A stretch of 64,000 bases of DNA from a virus. Its lineage: Duplodnaviria > Caudoviricetes. The notes under the pieces were generated by a model. The model was not told the DNA's origin. It worked only from the letters and a program-made list of their open reading frames with translations, and made no database searches. Made by a program: the position numbers and the translations under genes. Shown here piece by piece: positions 9,352-18,606 of the stretch. The stretch covers positions 1-64,000 of IMG/VR virus record IMGVR_UViG_3300028482_000001; one strand, given 5' to 3'. Within the stretch, counting starts at the first letter, position 1; every line of letters begins with the position of its first letter.

Positions 9352-9453
9352 TTCCTGATAAATCAGGTTGCAATAGCGAGATGTGATTATTGCGTAATTT
9401 TGAAATCGTGGCTTTTTAGCAAGTAGAAAAATCCAATACGGAATATTTGCGTA

Positions 9454-10218
9454 TTGGTAAGCGTGAAATACATAGCAAGTTGTAGTTTTGGAAAAGATAG
9501 TTTAGCAATGATATTGAAATTATTAGAACTGAATTATCCGTTGGATGAAGTTGTATATTTTGATATTGGAGCAGAATTTGAATCCATTTATACAAATAAA
9601 GAACTTATAAAAAAGGAACTTGGTAAGCGTGAAATACAGTTTACAGAGTTAAAACCGAAACATAATTTTTTCTACACAATGTTAGAAAAAGAAGTATATA
9701 AAAGAAACGGGCAAAAACAATCGGGCTATAAATGGTGTGGTGGTTTATGTCGTTGGGGAACAACATTAAAACTTAATGCCATAAAAGAAAATAATAAAAA
9801 ATACGGGGATGAGTTTATTGTTGAATATGTTGGGATAGCAGTAGACGAACAAGAAAGACTGTTAAGAGAAAGAGTTAAAAGATGTGAAAATAGATTGAAA
9901 CTCTATCCATTAGCAGAATGGGGAATGACAGAAAAGGGCTGTTTGAATCATTGCTATTCAAAAGGTTTTAGTTGGAATGAAAACGGAATAGAACTTTATA
10001 AAGTTTTAGATCGTGTTTCTTGTTGGTGTTGCAGGAATAAAAACTTAAAAGAACTTGAAAATATGTTTTTATTCCTTCCTGATTATTGGGAAAAATTAAA
10101 AGAATTACAATCAAAAATTGATATCCCTTTTAGAAGTGATGGGAAAACAGTTTTTGATTTAGAGAATATCTTTAGGAATAAAAATATTTTGTTTTGTGGA
10201 GAAAAAAAAGATGAGTAA
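9454..10218 (+). CDS. PAPS reductase family protein
   Basis: SCSFGKDS PP-loop, RVSCWCC motif; probable GTG start a few codons in. Confidence 0.8.
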   Translation: MVSVKYIASCSFGKDSLAMILKLLELNYPLDEVVYFDIGAEFESIYTNKELIKKELGKREIQFTELKPKHNFFYTMLEKEVYKRNGQKQSGYKWCGGLCRWGTTLKLNAIKENNKKYGDEFIVEYVGIAVDEQERLLRERVKRCENRLKLYPLAEWGMTEKGCLNHCYSKGFSWNENGIELYKVLDRVSCWCCRNKNLKELENMFLFLPDYWEKLKELQSKIDIPFRSDGKTVFDLENIFRNKNILFCGEKKDE

Positions 10219-10858
10219 AGTAAAATTTGTAATAAGAAAAGAAGTTCATGATGAGTTAGTGGAAAAGTTGAATTATAAACCTAAAATATATGTAATTTTT
10301 AATCATGAAGAAGATTTTGTATAAAAAGGATTTAATTCTGCTGTGCATCCGAGAGATGAAAAGGGAAGATTTACAGAAAAAGGAATAATGGAACTATCAG
10401 AAAAAGATAGAGAATTACTTTTAGATTATTTAGAAAAAGAAACTTATGAAGATTTTGAAGGTATAAAAGTTTCTGTTGGAAAAATAGATGCTGTAAGAGA
10501 AGGAAGATATAAAGATGAAGTAGAAACTTGTAAAAAAATAAAGATGTTAGGTTTTGATGTTTATTTATTAAGAGAAAGTTATTCTAATAACAAAAAGGCT
10601 GATATTTTTTATAAATTATTTAATGATAGAGATTTTATGGAAATAAAAAATACTGGGGAACATAAACTAATAACAAGATTTAATGAAACAAAAAAACAAG
10701 CTCCAAGTTGTTTCATTTCTATTAAGGATGAAATAACTTATAACAAGTATAAAAAATTGAAAGATGAAATAAAAAAAGATAATAGGAATGGGTATGTAAT
10801 TATTGAATACAAAGGCAAGTGTAAGGTTTTAAAACAAAAAAAACCCCCGCCCCGATAG
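10211..10858 (+). pseudogene. Putative head-cargo protein with CdiA-like PD-(D/E)xK nuclease domain, split by in-frame TAA at 10322
   Basis: MSKVKFVIRKEVHDELVEK...DFV*KGFNSAVHPRDEKGRF... in one frame; ADIF...FMEIKN nuclease-like motif; track ORF 10343-10858 is the 3' part. Confidence 0.6.
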
Positions 10859-11000
10859 AGGCACAGTTAAGTGCAATATCCGATCCTTCTAGGGAGTTTT
10901 AATAAAACGACCGGGAACTTTTAAGCTCCACCGGGGTTTGGTAATCCTACCTCTTCCTCGGTATACCCGAAAACATATTTTCATGGGAGCGACCCGACCT
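10836..11000 (-). ncRNA. Candidate antisense structured RNA (unit A)
   Basis: Minus-strand TTGACA(11035-11030)-17-TATTAT(11012-11007); several hairpins, AAACCCC/GGGGTTT closing stem, U8 tract. Confidence 0.6.
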
Positions 11001-11054
11001 AATAAGATAATATAGTAGATTAATTTTTTTGTCAATAAAAAAAAGGAGAAATAA

Positions 11055-11225
11055 ATGAAAGTAAAGATAACAGAAACTTTGGTAAAGATTGTAGAAGTTG
11101 ATGCAAAGGATGAAAAAGAAGCTTTGCAAGTTGTAGATAATTTATATCATGCAGCAGATGAAGATTTTATATTGTCTGCTGAAAACTTTGATTATGTAGA
11201 ATTTGAGGTGGTGAAGAATGACTGA
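11055..11225 (+). CDS. DpnD/PcfM-like small protein (missed by ORF track)
   Basis: MKVKITETLVKIVEVDAKDEKEALQVVDNLYHAADEDFILSAENF...; AGGAG RBS. Confidence 0.7.
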   Translation: MKVKITETLVKIVEVDAKDEKEALQVVDNLYHAADEDFILSAENFDYVEFEVVKND

Positions 11226-12015
11226 GTTATATAATGGTGATTGTTATGAATTTATAAAAAAGATTCCTGATAATTCGATTGATTTGGTCGTAACAGATCC
11301 TCCGTATTTACTTGAAACGCAAGGAGCAGGATTTTTTGGTAAAAAATCTGATGAGTATTCTATGAAATATAAAGGTAAAAAAGCATATACATGGGGAGGT
11401 GAACGCTATGTAATGAAAGAAATTGATTCCATGAAAAATGGATTTTCTGAATTATTATTAGATGAGATATGTCGAGTTATGAAAAAGATAAATTGTTATT
11501 TTTTTTGTAGTCAAAAACAAATACCTTTGTTGTTAGATTATTTTTTAAAGAAAAAAGGGTGTAATTGGAACATTTTAACTTGGCATAAAACGAATCCTAT
11601 CCCTGCTTGTGGAAATAAATACTTAACAGATACAGAATTTATTTTATTTTTTAGAGAAAAAGGGGTAAAAATACTTGGAAATTTTGATTCAAAATTTACT
11701 TATTATGTAACGCCTTCAAATATGGAGGATAAAAGAAAATTTGGTCATCTAACAATAAAACCTCTTAATATTGTGAAAAATTTGATAATTAATTCTTCAC
11801 AAGAGAACGATTTAATTTATGATCCATTTATGGGTTTAGGAACAACCGGGGTAGCATGTAAAGAATTAGGAAGAAATTTTATTGGTTGTGAAATTGACAA
11901 AAACTATTTTGAAATAGCAAAGAAAAGAATTCATTCTGTAGATACAGAAAATAAATTAATTCTGCAACAAGAAGAAAAAGTAGAAACACAAATAATTCAG
12001 GGTGAGTTATTTTAG
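11218..12015 (+). CDS. N4/N6 DNA methyltransferase (beta class)
   Basis: DPPY before DPFMGLGTT. Confidence 0.9.
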   Translation: MTELYNGDCYEFIKKIPDNSIDLVVTDPPYLLETQGAGFFGKKSDEYSMKYKGKKAYTWGGERYVMKEIDSMKNGFSELLLDEICRVMKKINCYFFCSQKQIPLLLDYFLKKKGCNWNILTWHKTNPIPACGNKYLTDTEFILFFREKGVKILGNFDSKFTYYVTPSNMEDKRKFGHLTIKPLNIVKNLIINSSQENDLIYDPFMGLGTTGVACKELGRNFIGCEIDKNYFEIAKKRIHSVDTENKLILQQEEKVETQIIQGELF

Positions 12016-12023
12016 GGGGAAAT

Positions 12024-12650
12024 ATGAAAATCTTAAAAAAAATTGGAATTTATGTAGCAGTATTTTTATTGATTATTGGAAGTGCTTTTATGTTAGGAAC
12101 ATATTATCAGGCACAAAAAACAAAAAAAATTGTATATGTTGATTTTATTTCAGAAGAAATTGAAACAGAACAAGAAAATATACATAAATATCAATTTCTG
12201 CCTGCTGAACTATCTGATTATATAGTGAGAATGTGTGAAGAATTGGAAATTGATTCTGATTTAGCTGTTGCAATTTTAATGCAAGAGAATCCTGAAATTA
12301 ATTTAGATGCTACTCATAGAAATGAAAACGGAACTGTTGATTTAGGGCTTTGGCAGTTAAATGACAAATATTTATATACAACTTTTACAAACAGTTTTTG
12401 GAAGTTTGAAGATATTGAATTAAATGCGTTTGATTGGAAGCATAATACTTTTATAGCTTTGCATCAAATAGAGTGGTTGCAAAGTAGATTAAAAGTTTTT
12501 GACGATGTTGTAATGGCTTATAACTGTGGTTATGGAGCTGTTATGAATAGAAAAATTCCAGATAGTACAAAAAAATATTTATGCAGTGTTAAAAATAATT
12601 ATAACTTACTAAAGGGGCAATATGATGCAGGAAACACAAAAGAAAATTAA
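12024..12650 (+). CDS. Membrane-anchored lytic transglycosylase (SLT domain)
   Basis: AILMQEN, DLGLWQLN, AYNCG motifs; N-terminal TM. Confidence 0.8.
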   Translation: MKILKKIGIYVAVFLLIIGSAFMLGTYYQAQKTKKIVYVDFISEEIETEQENIHKYQFLPAELSDYIVRMCEELEIDSDLAVAILMQENPEINLDATHRNENGTVDLGLWQLNDKYLYTTFTNSFWKFEDIELNAFDWKHNTFIALHQIEWLQSRLKVFDDVVMAYNCGYGAVMNRKIPDSTKKYLCSVKNNYNLLKGQYDAGNTKEN

Positions 12651-12915
12651 AGAAATTACAATGGCAATACAAGACTTGTTGCTATATAAAAATCAAAAAT
12701 ATGGTGATTCTGCATTGAATCCTAATAATATTTTTTATAAAGGGGATGCAACGAATTCTATTTTAATCAGACTTGACGATAAAATCGGAAGAATTAAATC
12801 TAATTCAGCAGAAAAACCAAGAGTAAACGATATTGCTGATATTATTGGGTATTGCACCCTTTTATTAATCAGTATGGGTGTAAGTGCAGAAGATATTGCA
12901 AAATTCAAGGATTAG
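12622..12915 (+). CDS. Nucleotide-modification-associated domain protein (DUF1599-like)
   Basis: KNQKYGDS...IRLDDKIGRI...DIIGY. Confidence 0.7.
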   Translation: MMQETQKKIKEITMAIQDLLLYKNQKYGDSALNPNNIFYKGDATNSILIRLDDKIGRIKSNSAEKPRVNDIADIIGYCTLLLISMGVSAEDIAKFKD

Positions 12916-12918
12916 TAT

Positions 12919-13269
12919 ATGGCAGTAACAATAATTAAACCTTATGCAACTTCTCCAAAAAGAAACTATTTAGAACATCATCGCAATCCTAGTGGCACAA
13001 TTAATAAAGCTAAATGGTTGTTATCAAAATCAAAGAAAGATATTAATAAACTTAATTCTCTTGTATGTTCGATTGAAGCAGGTTTACCTTTATCTTTTGA
13101 ACGAAAAAGTTGGCAGGCTGCTTTTTATATGGCTACTTACTGCATCATAAATGGAATCGAAAAAGTGGAAGAGCATTTTAATAAAAAGAATTATAAGAAT
13201 TACAAAACTAGAACATCAACATCTAGCAAAAATATTCCTTGGTTTGATTGTTTGTGTGGAGGAAAATAA
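12919..13269 (+). CDS. Hypothetical protein
   Basis: ORF in early operon. Confidence 0.45.
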   Translation: MAVTIIKPYATSPKRNYLEHHRNPSGTINKAKWLLSKSKKDINKLNSLVCSIEAGLPLSFERKSWQAAFYMATYCIINGIEKVEEHFNKKNYKNYKTRTSTSSKNIPWFDCLCGGK

Positions 13270-13526
13270 TGGAAGATGTTGAAATAGTCGTATTCAATGA
13301 TAAATCGTGGGTACGATTAACTGAATACCAAAAACTCGATGAAGAGAACAAGCAACTTGCCAAAAGAGTCTGTGAACTCCAATCTGATTTATCAAGAGCA
13401 AAAAGCCTGATTGAAAAAAAAATGATATGTTGCAGAAATTGTGAATATAGTTATAAAGAGAATGGCGAATTGCGATGTGATGTTATCAATTGTTTAAATT
13501 TTGATAAATGGAGGTTAACAGAATGA
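13248..13526 (+). CDS. Hypothetical protein with Cys-rich tail
   Basis: ORF in early operon. Confidence 0.45.
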   Translation: MFVWRKIMEDVEIVVFNDKSWVRLTEYQKLDEENKQLAKRVCELQSDLSRAKSLIEKKMICCRNCEYSYKENGELRCDVINCLNFDKWRLTE

Positions 13527-14143
13527 CAGATGTAGAATTAGAAAAGAAAGCAAAACTTTATGCAAACGAACATTATGACGACACAGATGAAAATGGATTT
13601 TGGTTTTCTGATATAGAGATGTTGCGTAGAGCATACATTGCAGGTGCAAAAGAAATGCAAGAAGAAAATCAACAATTAAAACAACAGTTGAAAAACGAAA
13701 AACAACTTAACGCAGAAATTAAAAAACGTCTTGTTGAAGTTGAATACGATTGTGAAGAGTTCACTCACGAATACTGTGATATAAATTGCAAAGGAAAAAG
13801 GAAAGAATTAGTTGATTTATACCAATTAATTTCAGATGGATTAAGCGAAACTTTACTAAAACAAAAAGAAGATGAGTTTGAAGAATTAAAAGAACACTGT
13901 GATGAACTTGAACTCATTAATCAAAAAGTGATGGAAGAAAATGAGCAATTAAAAGAGTATAACACAGACTTAAAACAGTCGTTAGATTGGGCTAATGAAA
14001 GAGAAACTGAATGGTCAAATAGAATTGAAGAGTTAAAAACAGATTTAGAATATGCAAAAGCGATTATTAAAGATTTGTTAAATAACTCACACGAATATTC
14101 AAGACAAAATGCAGAAGATTTTATAAAAGGAGAAAAGAAATGA
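13508..14143 (+). CDS. Hypothetical coiled-coil protein
   Basis: MTDVELEKKAK start resembles that of 45418-45855. Confidence 0.5.
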   Translation: MEVNRMTDVELEKKAKLYANEHYDDTDENGFWFSDIEMLRRAYIAGAKEMQEENQQLKQQLKNEKQLNAEIKKRLVEVEYDCEEFTHEYCDINCKGKRKELVDLYQLISDGLSETLLKQKEDEFEELKEHCDELELINQKVMEENEQLKEYNTDLKQSLDWANERETEWSNRIEELKTDLEYAKAIIKDLLNNSHEYSRQNAEDFIKGEKK

Positions 14144-14865
14144 AATTTGAATATACAGAAGTATCAGGGTTTTTGCCAGCTATTATCGGTATGAGATTAC
14201 CAATGAGTAAAAATTTCAAAGATGCAAAAACAAAAACAACTAGTGGTCCTTGTAAAAAGGTTTCTTGCGACAACTGTATTACTGCAAGTAAAACAAATAA
14301 CTGTAAAAATATTGAATCCAGTGATTTTCAGTTCACAAAAGAAGATTTGCGAGTTGCACAGAATTTAATAAAAGCAGATGGAAAAAGTTCTTGTGGAACA
14401 CCAAACTCTAAGTTTGTACAAATGATAGAAGTTTGGGTTAGTATTGAGGCTCCTTTAAGCTTCTGGAGCGAGTTTGACACTTATAGGCATATGGTTAAAA
14501 ACTCGACATCCAAAATGCACAAACTTCACTCTTATCCAATAGACGAAGATTGTTTTGAAAAAAATCCATTGACAGAAAAAGTATCGGATTTAGTAGACAT
14601 AGAAAAGTTAGAAAAACAACGACAAAAATATAATGAAACAAAAGATAAAAAAGATTGGTATGAACTAAACGATGCAATTCCTAGTAGTTGGTTACAAACA
14701 AGAATGTGTCATTTTAATTATCAGACATTAAGAAATATTATAATGTGGCGAAAAAATCATAAATTAAACTGTTGGTCAGGGAAAGATAATTCAGATATGG
14801 AATATTTCTTAAAATGGGCTAAAACACTCCCTTTTGCTGATGAATTGCTGTTTTATGAGGGGTGA
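14140..14865 (+). CDS. ThyX-related phage protein
   Basis: APLSFWSEFDTYR, NSTSKMHKL, WLQTR...NYQTLRNI..WRKNHKL. Confidence 0.55.
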   Translation: MKFEYTEVSGFLPAIIGMRLPMSKNFKDAKTKTTSGPCKKVSCDNCITASKTNNCKNIESSDFQFTKEDLRVAQNLIKADGKSSCGTPNSKFVQMIEVWVSIEAPLSFWSEFDTYRHMVKNSTSKMHKLHSYPIDEDCFEKNPLTEKVSDLVDIEKLEKQRQKYNETKDKKDWYELNDAIPSSWLQTRMCHFNYQTLRNIIMWRKNHKLNCWSGKDNSDMEYFLKWAKTLPFADELLFYEG

Positions 14866-14953
14866 AAATGATTTGTTGTAAATGTTCTTGGTGGGTACTG
14901 GAACAAGGTGAAAAGCTCTGTATAGAGTTAATAAATAAATAGGGAGGTGTAAA

Positions 14954-15283
14954 ATGGCAAAGGATGAAGTTGTTTTACCAAAATTAAAGGAAGAACTAAA
15001 GGATCTTTCAGTAAAAATCAAAAACTTGGCAAAGTTTTTGAACTCAGATGCAGAAGAAGCTCGTGATGCGTTATTGCATACACAGTGGCACGCAATGGTA
15101 ATTTACGAATATGCCTTAGCAGCTCGTGTCAATTCTTTGGAAGAAAAAATTGCAGCAAAGAAAAAGGTCGCGAAACCTACTAAAAAAGCAGCTAAAAAAA
15201 CTGAAAAATCCTTAAAAAAAGATGAAAAAGCAACTGAAAAAACTATAAACAGTTGTAACAAAGTTAAAGAAAAAGGGATGTAG
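14954..15283 (+). CDS. crAss001_48-like protein with Lys/Ala-rich tail
   Basis: EELKDL..KI..L..FL...LL..Q..AM..Y..AL..R pattern; AAKKKVAKPTKKAAKK tail. Confidence 0.55.
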   Translation: MAKDEVVLPKLKEELKDLSVKIKNLAKFLNSDAEEARDALLHTQWHAMVIYEYALAARVNSLEEKIAAKKKVAKPTKKAAKKTEKSLKKDEKATEKTINSCNKVKEKGM

Positions 15284-15292
15284 TTAAAAACA

Positions 15293-15916
15293 ATGGGCTT
15301 ACTTTTAGTAAGCCCAAAAGAGGTCCAAATGAGAGAATTTGATGAAAAAGAGTACAAAAAGAGAAGTTTTAAGAAAGCATTTAAAGTGCAAGATGAGTGG
15401 AAAACACCTTCGGTTCTTGTAAATATGATTGTTCCGTATCTTAAAAAGTGGGAATCGGATTTTATATTAAAAAATGGGCGCAAACCTATTTTGTGGTTGC
15501 CATTCGATACAGAAGAAAGTAAATACTACACAATTCTTAAAGCTAAGGGATTCCAGGTTGTAAGAAGTCATCTAAATGATGATAAAAACTTTTTTCATTA
15601 TCAGCCGGATCAGTTTGATATTATTGTTTCAAATCCACCATTTAGCTCAAAGTTAGATATTTTTAAACGTATTATTTTTGATTTACATGAGCCTTTTGTT
15701 TTGTTGATGAATATGATGGCGATAAATTACCAAGAAATTGGGAATTTATTTCAGTTTGTTGGGAAAGGCATTCAATTCATTATTCCAGATAAAAAGGTTT
15801 CTTTTAATGGTAAAACATCGAGCTTTTGCAGTGGATATGTTTGTTATGATTTTATTGATCATACAGAATTTGTTCATTTAGAAAATAATAATACAGGTAC
15901 GAATTTTAGGGAATGA
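15293..15916 (+). CDS. Phage N6-adenine DNA methyltransferase
   Basis: DEWKTP, WLPFDTEES, IVSNPPFS. Confidence 0.75.
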   Translation: MGLLLVSPKEVQMREFDEKEYKKRSFKKAFKVQDEWKTPSVLVNMIVPYLKKWESDFILKNGRKPILWLPFDTEESKYYTILKAKGFQVVRSHLNDDKNFFHYQPDQFDIIVSNPPFSSKLDIFKRIIFDLHEPFVLLMNMMAINYQEIGNLFQFVGKGIQFIIPDKKVSFNGKTSSFCSGYVCYDFIDHTEFVHLENNNTGTNFRE

Positions 15917-16273
15917 TTAATTATTTTCCCAAAACTCAATTTGTTGTAATAGATTAGACATAATTGCCTTTTTTTTATTTATGTCTAATTTGTTTATTCT
16001 TAATGCTATTTCTGACAAATCAATACATTTGTTGTCAATATAGATTTTTGGGTTAATTGCATTTTTCCCATATACCAAAAATTCTACAGATGTATTTAGT
16101 TTTGTGGCAATATCTACACAAAGTTTTCCATCAGGGAATATTCCTCGATATTTCCATCCTTTCATTGTAGGAATTGGAATATCACAATCTTTTGCAATTT
16201 GGTCTTTTGTAATGTTGTTTTGTGTTGCTAAAAGAGCAATTCTTTTCCAAAAATCTTTGGCAAGTAAATTCAT
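15917..16273 (-). CDS. XRE-family HTH repressor
   Basis: FWKRI...IPTMKGWKYRGIFP...IATKLNTSVEFLVYG. Confidence 0.8.
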   Translation of the reverse strand: MNLLAKDFWKRIALLATQNNITKDQIAKDCDIPIPTMKGWKYRGIFPDGKLCVDIATKLNTSVEFLVYGKNAINPKIYIDNKCIDLSEIALRINKLDINKKKAIMSNLLQQIEFWENN

Positions 16274-16361
16274 AGCATCTCCTGTTGTTTATATTATCGA
16301 CGTTTAATAAAAAAAAACAATACTTTGTAATTATAAAAGTATGAAAAATAATATTTTTTTC

Positions 16362-16390
16362 TTGACAAAGTATTTAATATGGTATATAAA
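16362..16390 (+). promoter_or_regulatory. Early sigma70 promoter
   Basis: TTGACA-17-TATAAA; same consensus at 19636, 19752, 21133 and 35787. Confidence 0.75.
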
Positions 16391-16421
16391 TAATTCAAAA
16401 GTATTAGTATTAATACTACGA

Positions 16422-16493
16422 CGCGGCGTAGGGAAATGGCATCCCTCAGGAATCATAATCCTGCTGTTGTAGGTTCGAGTCCTACCGCCGCAA
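16422..16493 (+). tRNA. tRNA-Met(CAT), initiator-like acceptor stem, CCA not encoded
   Basis: Cloverleaf: C1:A72 mismatch with GCGGCG/CGCCGC; D stem GGGA/TCCC; anticodon stem CAGGA/TCCTG with loop ATCATAA; T arm GTAGG-TTCGAGT-CCTAC. Confidence 0.9.
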
Positions 16494-16619
16494 TTGTCAA
16501 AAGATACACAATTACGGTGGGGTAGCATCGGGTTTGCATCGAAACGGACTATCGGCTTGTTCGTGGGATACATGGCAAACAAGAAAGTTTTCTTTCATCT
16601 ACTCATTTAAGGAGGATTT

Positions 16620-17507
16620 ATGGCAAAACAAAAAAAACTAATAATTGAATCTGTTGAAGATAGCACAGAGTTACCAATGGTTTCAGAAATTAAAACTGTT
16701 GAATTAATCACTGAAATTGCAGTCGGAAAATTAACATCAAACGCAAAAGAATATAAGGCTGCAATTGAGAAAGAGTTAGAAACATTTTCTATTGAACGTT
16801 ATTTAAATAATCCTGATGCAGCGAAATCTGACAAAGCATATCTTAATAAATTAAAAGATGAAGTTGCTGAAAAACGAAAAACAGCAACGAAACTTTGGAA
16901 TTCTCCGTTAGCAGAGTTTGAAAATGAAATGAAAACTCTAGAAAAAACAATAGATAATGCGTCAAAACAATTAAAAACAATTGTTGACGAAGCTGAAAAT
17001 AAGGAAAGAGAAATTAAAAAGAAAGAAATTTATGATTATTGGAGTACTTTAGATTTTAAAATTATTTCTCTTGATAAAATTTTTAACGATAAATGGCTAA
17101 ATAAAACATATTCAATGAAACAAGTAATGTTGGATTGTGAAGCTGCTATAGAAAAATATACAACAGAGCTTGAAACAATTAAAAATTCTTGTGAAGAAGA
17201 AGATCGAGAAATTGGAATGTCATTTTATCTTGAAACATTAAATTTGAATGACACTTTAATAAAATTAAATCAACTTAAAGCAAATAGAGCTGCTTTAAAA
17301 GCTGCAGAAGAACAAAAAAAAGAAACTGTAGAAATTAAAACAGAACCTGTTACAGAACAAGTTACTAAAACAAATATTCCACAAAACTCACAACAAATTT
17401 CACAGCAAATTGAAGAATACACTTTAAGAATTAAAGGCCCAAGAGAAAAAATGTTTGCTCTTCGTCAATTTATTATTAACTCTGGGTTAGAGTATACAAG
17501 ATTATAA
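16620..17507 (+). CDS. DUF1351-family protein
   Basis: AKSDKAYLNKLK, IFNDKWLNKTYSMK. Confidence 0.75.
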   Translation: MAKQKKLIIESVEDSTELPMVSEIKTVELITEIAVGKLTSNAKEYKAAIEKELETFSIERYLNNPDAAKSDKAYLNKLKDEVAEKRKTATKLWNSPLAEFENEMKTLEKTIDNASKQLKTIVDEAENKEREIKKKEIYDYWSTLDFKIISLDKIFNDKWLNKTYSMKQVMLDCEAAIEKYTTELETIKNSCEEEDREIGMSFYLETLNLNDTLIKLNQLKANRAALKAAEEQKKETVEIKTEPVTEQVTKTNIPQNSQQISQQIEEYTLRIKGPREKMFALRQFIINSGLEYTRL

Positions 17508-17545
17508 CCACCTATCAAATAGTGTGATAGGTGGTACTATATTAG

Positions 17546-17875
17546 ATGGTGCTTATGGAAATACCTGAGTTTAAAATAATTTTACAAGAGTTAGAAAAAA
17601 TAAAACAAAATCTCAAGGATTCTGAATATTCTACTGAATGGCAGGCAGAATGGTACAACGATGAATCCTGTTGGCTAAAAAAAGGTGGAATGGCTTTATC
17701 CACCTATAGATCTAACAGATATTATCAGTGTAAAGGTGGAATCCCTGATGCCTATGTAGGTGGTCGTAAAGTATGGAGTAGGGCATCTGTTCAGGAATGG
17801 GCGAAATTGACTGATGATAAATTAGAAGAATATCACAAAAAATATAAAACAGGGGCTAAAAAATGCAAGAATTAG
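17546..17875 (+). CDS. Putative excisionase-like DNA-binding protein
   Basis: GGRKVWSRASVQEW winged-helix-like ending. Confidence 0.45.
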   Translation: MVLMEIPEFKIILQELEKIKQNLKDSEYSTEWQAEWYNDESCWLKKGGMALSTYRSNRYYQCKGGIPDAYVGGRKVWSRASVQEWAKLTDDKLEEYHKKYKTGAKKCKN

Positions 17876-18063
17876 ATTTCCATTCAACACCTGCGATAAA
17901 AGTATCTGAAATTGTAATAAAAGGCTCATGTGAAAAATGTGTTTTTTTTGATCACGAGAAAACGAAAATTTTCAATAATTATGCATCAAACAAACTTTTT
18001 TGGTGTAAAAGATATAAAATGTGGACATGGCCAGATTCAACTTGTAAGTCTTGGGTAAAATAA
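17863..18063 (+). CDS. Small Cys-containing hypothetical protein
   Basis: CEKC...C...C pattern. Confidence 0.45.
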   Translation: MQELDFHSTPAIKVSEIVIKGSCEKCVFFDHEKTKIFNNYASNKLFWCKRYKMWTWPDSTCKSWVK

Positions 18064-18311
18064 TGAATGTATATGAGTTAAAGAAAAAATATTACTTGAA
18101 TATTCATTCATTATTAAAAAATATAAAAAAAATAAAAAAAAGATACCAAGTTATGCATTGGTTTTGTAAGCAGGAAAGAAATAATATTTTTTTCATTAAA
18201 ATCGGCGATGAAATTGAAAAAGCATATTCGATTATAAAAAAGATAAATATAGAAAATGAAAAAGACTTAAAAAAACTTAAAAAGCTGCGAAAAGTACAAC
18301 ATAAGTTGTAA
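18051..18311 (+). CDS. Hypothetical protein
   Basis: Last ORF before terminator. Confidence 0.4.
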   Translation: MGKIMNVYELKKKYYLNIHSLLKNIKKIKKRYQVMHWFCKQERNNIFFIKIGDEIEKAYSIIKKINIENEKDLKKLKKLRKVQHKL

Positions 18312-18335
18312 TATATTTTATATTCTTTCTCCTTG

Positions 18336-18367
18336 GGCAATCCCTGAAATAGGGATTGCCTTTTTTT
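18336..18367 (+). terminator. Intrinsic terminator
   Basis: GGCAATCCCT-gaaat-AGGGATTGCC followed by T run. Confidence 0.85.
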
Positions 18368-18476
18368 ACATTGATTTTCTTAATTTATCAAAAGAATTAA
18401 CTACAGTTAATACAGAATTCTTAAATTCTTTAGGAAGAAAGAAAAATTTTACAATTGTTGACATATAATTTAACAT
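18366..18476 (-). CDS. 36-aa small ORF (missed by track)
   Basis: AGGAG RBS then MLNYMSTIVKFFFLPKEFKNSVLTVVNSFDKLRKSM*. Confidence 0.5.
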   Translation of the reverse strand: MLNYMSTIVKFFFLPKEFKNSVLTVVNSFDKLRKSM

Positions 18477-18606
18477 TTTTACACTCCTGTTATTTTATTA
18501 TAGGATAGTAAAAAAATAAATAATAGATATAAAATTATAAAGGCAATTGTGATTTATTGTGTGATTGAATCACAGTTCAAAATTTTCTTCTTCAATAATT
18601 TAACTC

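Noticed and set aside
7928-10324. Stop-codon reassignment (TAA read as Gln/Glu)
   Set aside because: Only three cases, clustered; most genes end in TAA tightly coupled to the next start, and no suppressor tRNA is present
10930-11005. HDV-like/theta ribozyme on plus strand (TCCTCG loop, CTAA)
   Set aside because: Could not build matching P1 and P2 helices; the minus-strand promoter explains the region better
16331-16582. 83-aa minus-strand ORF
   Set aside because: It is the reverse complement of the tRNA and its promoter
16510-16590. Second tRNA
   Set aside because: No acceptor stem or T-loop in correct spacing
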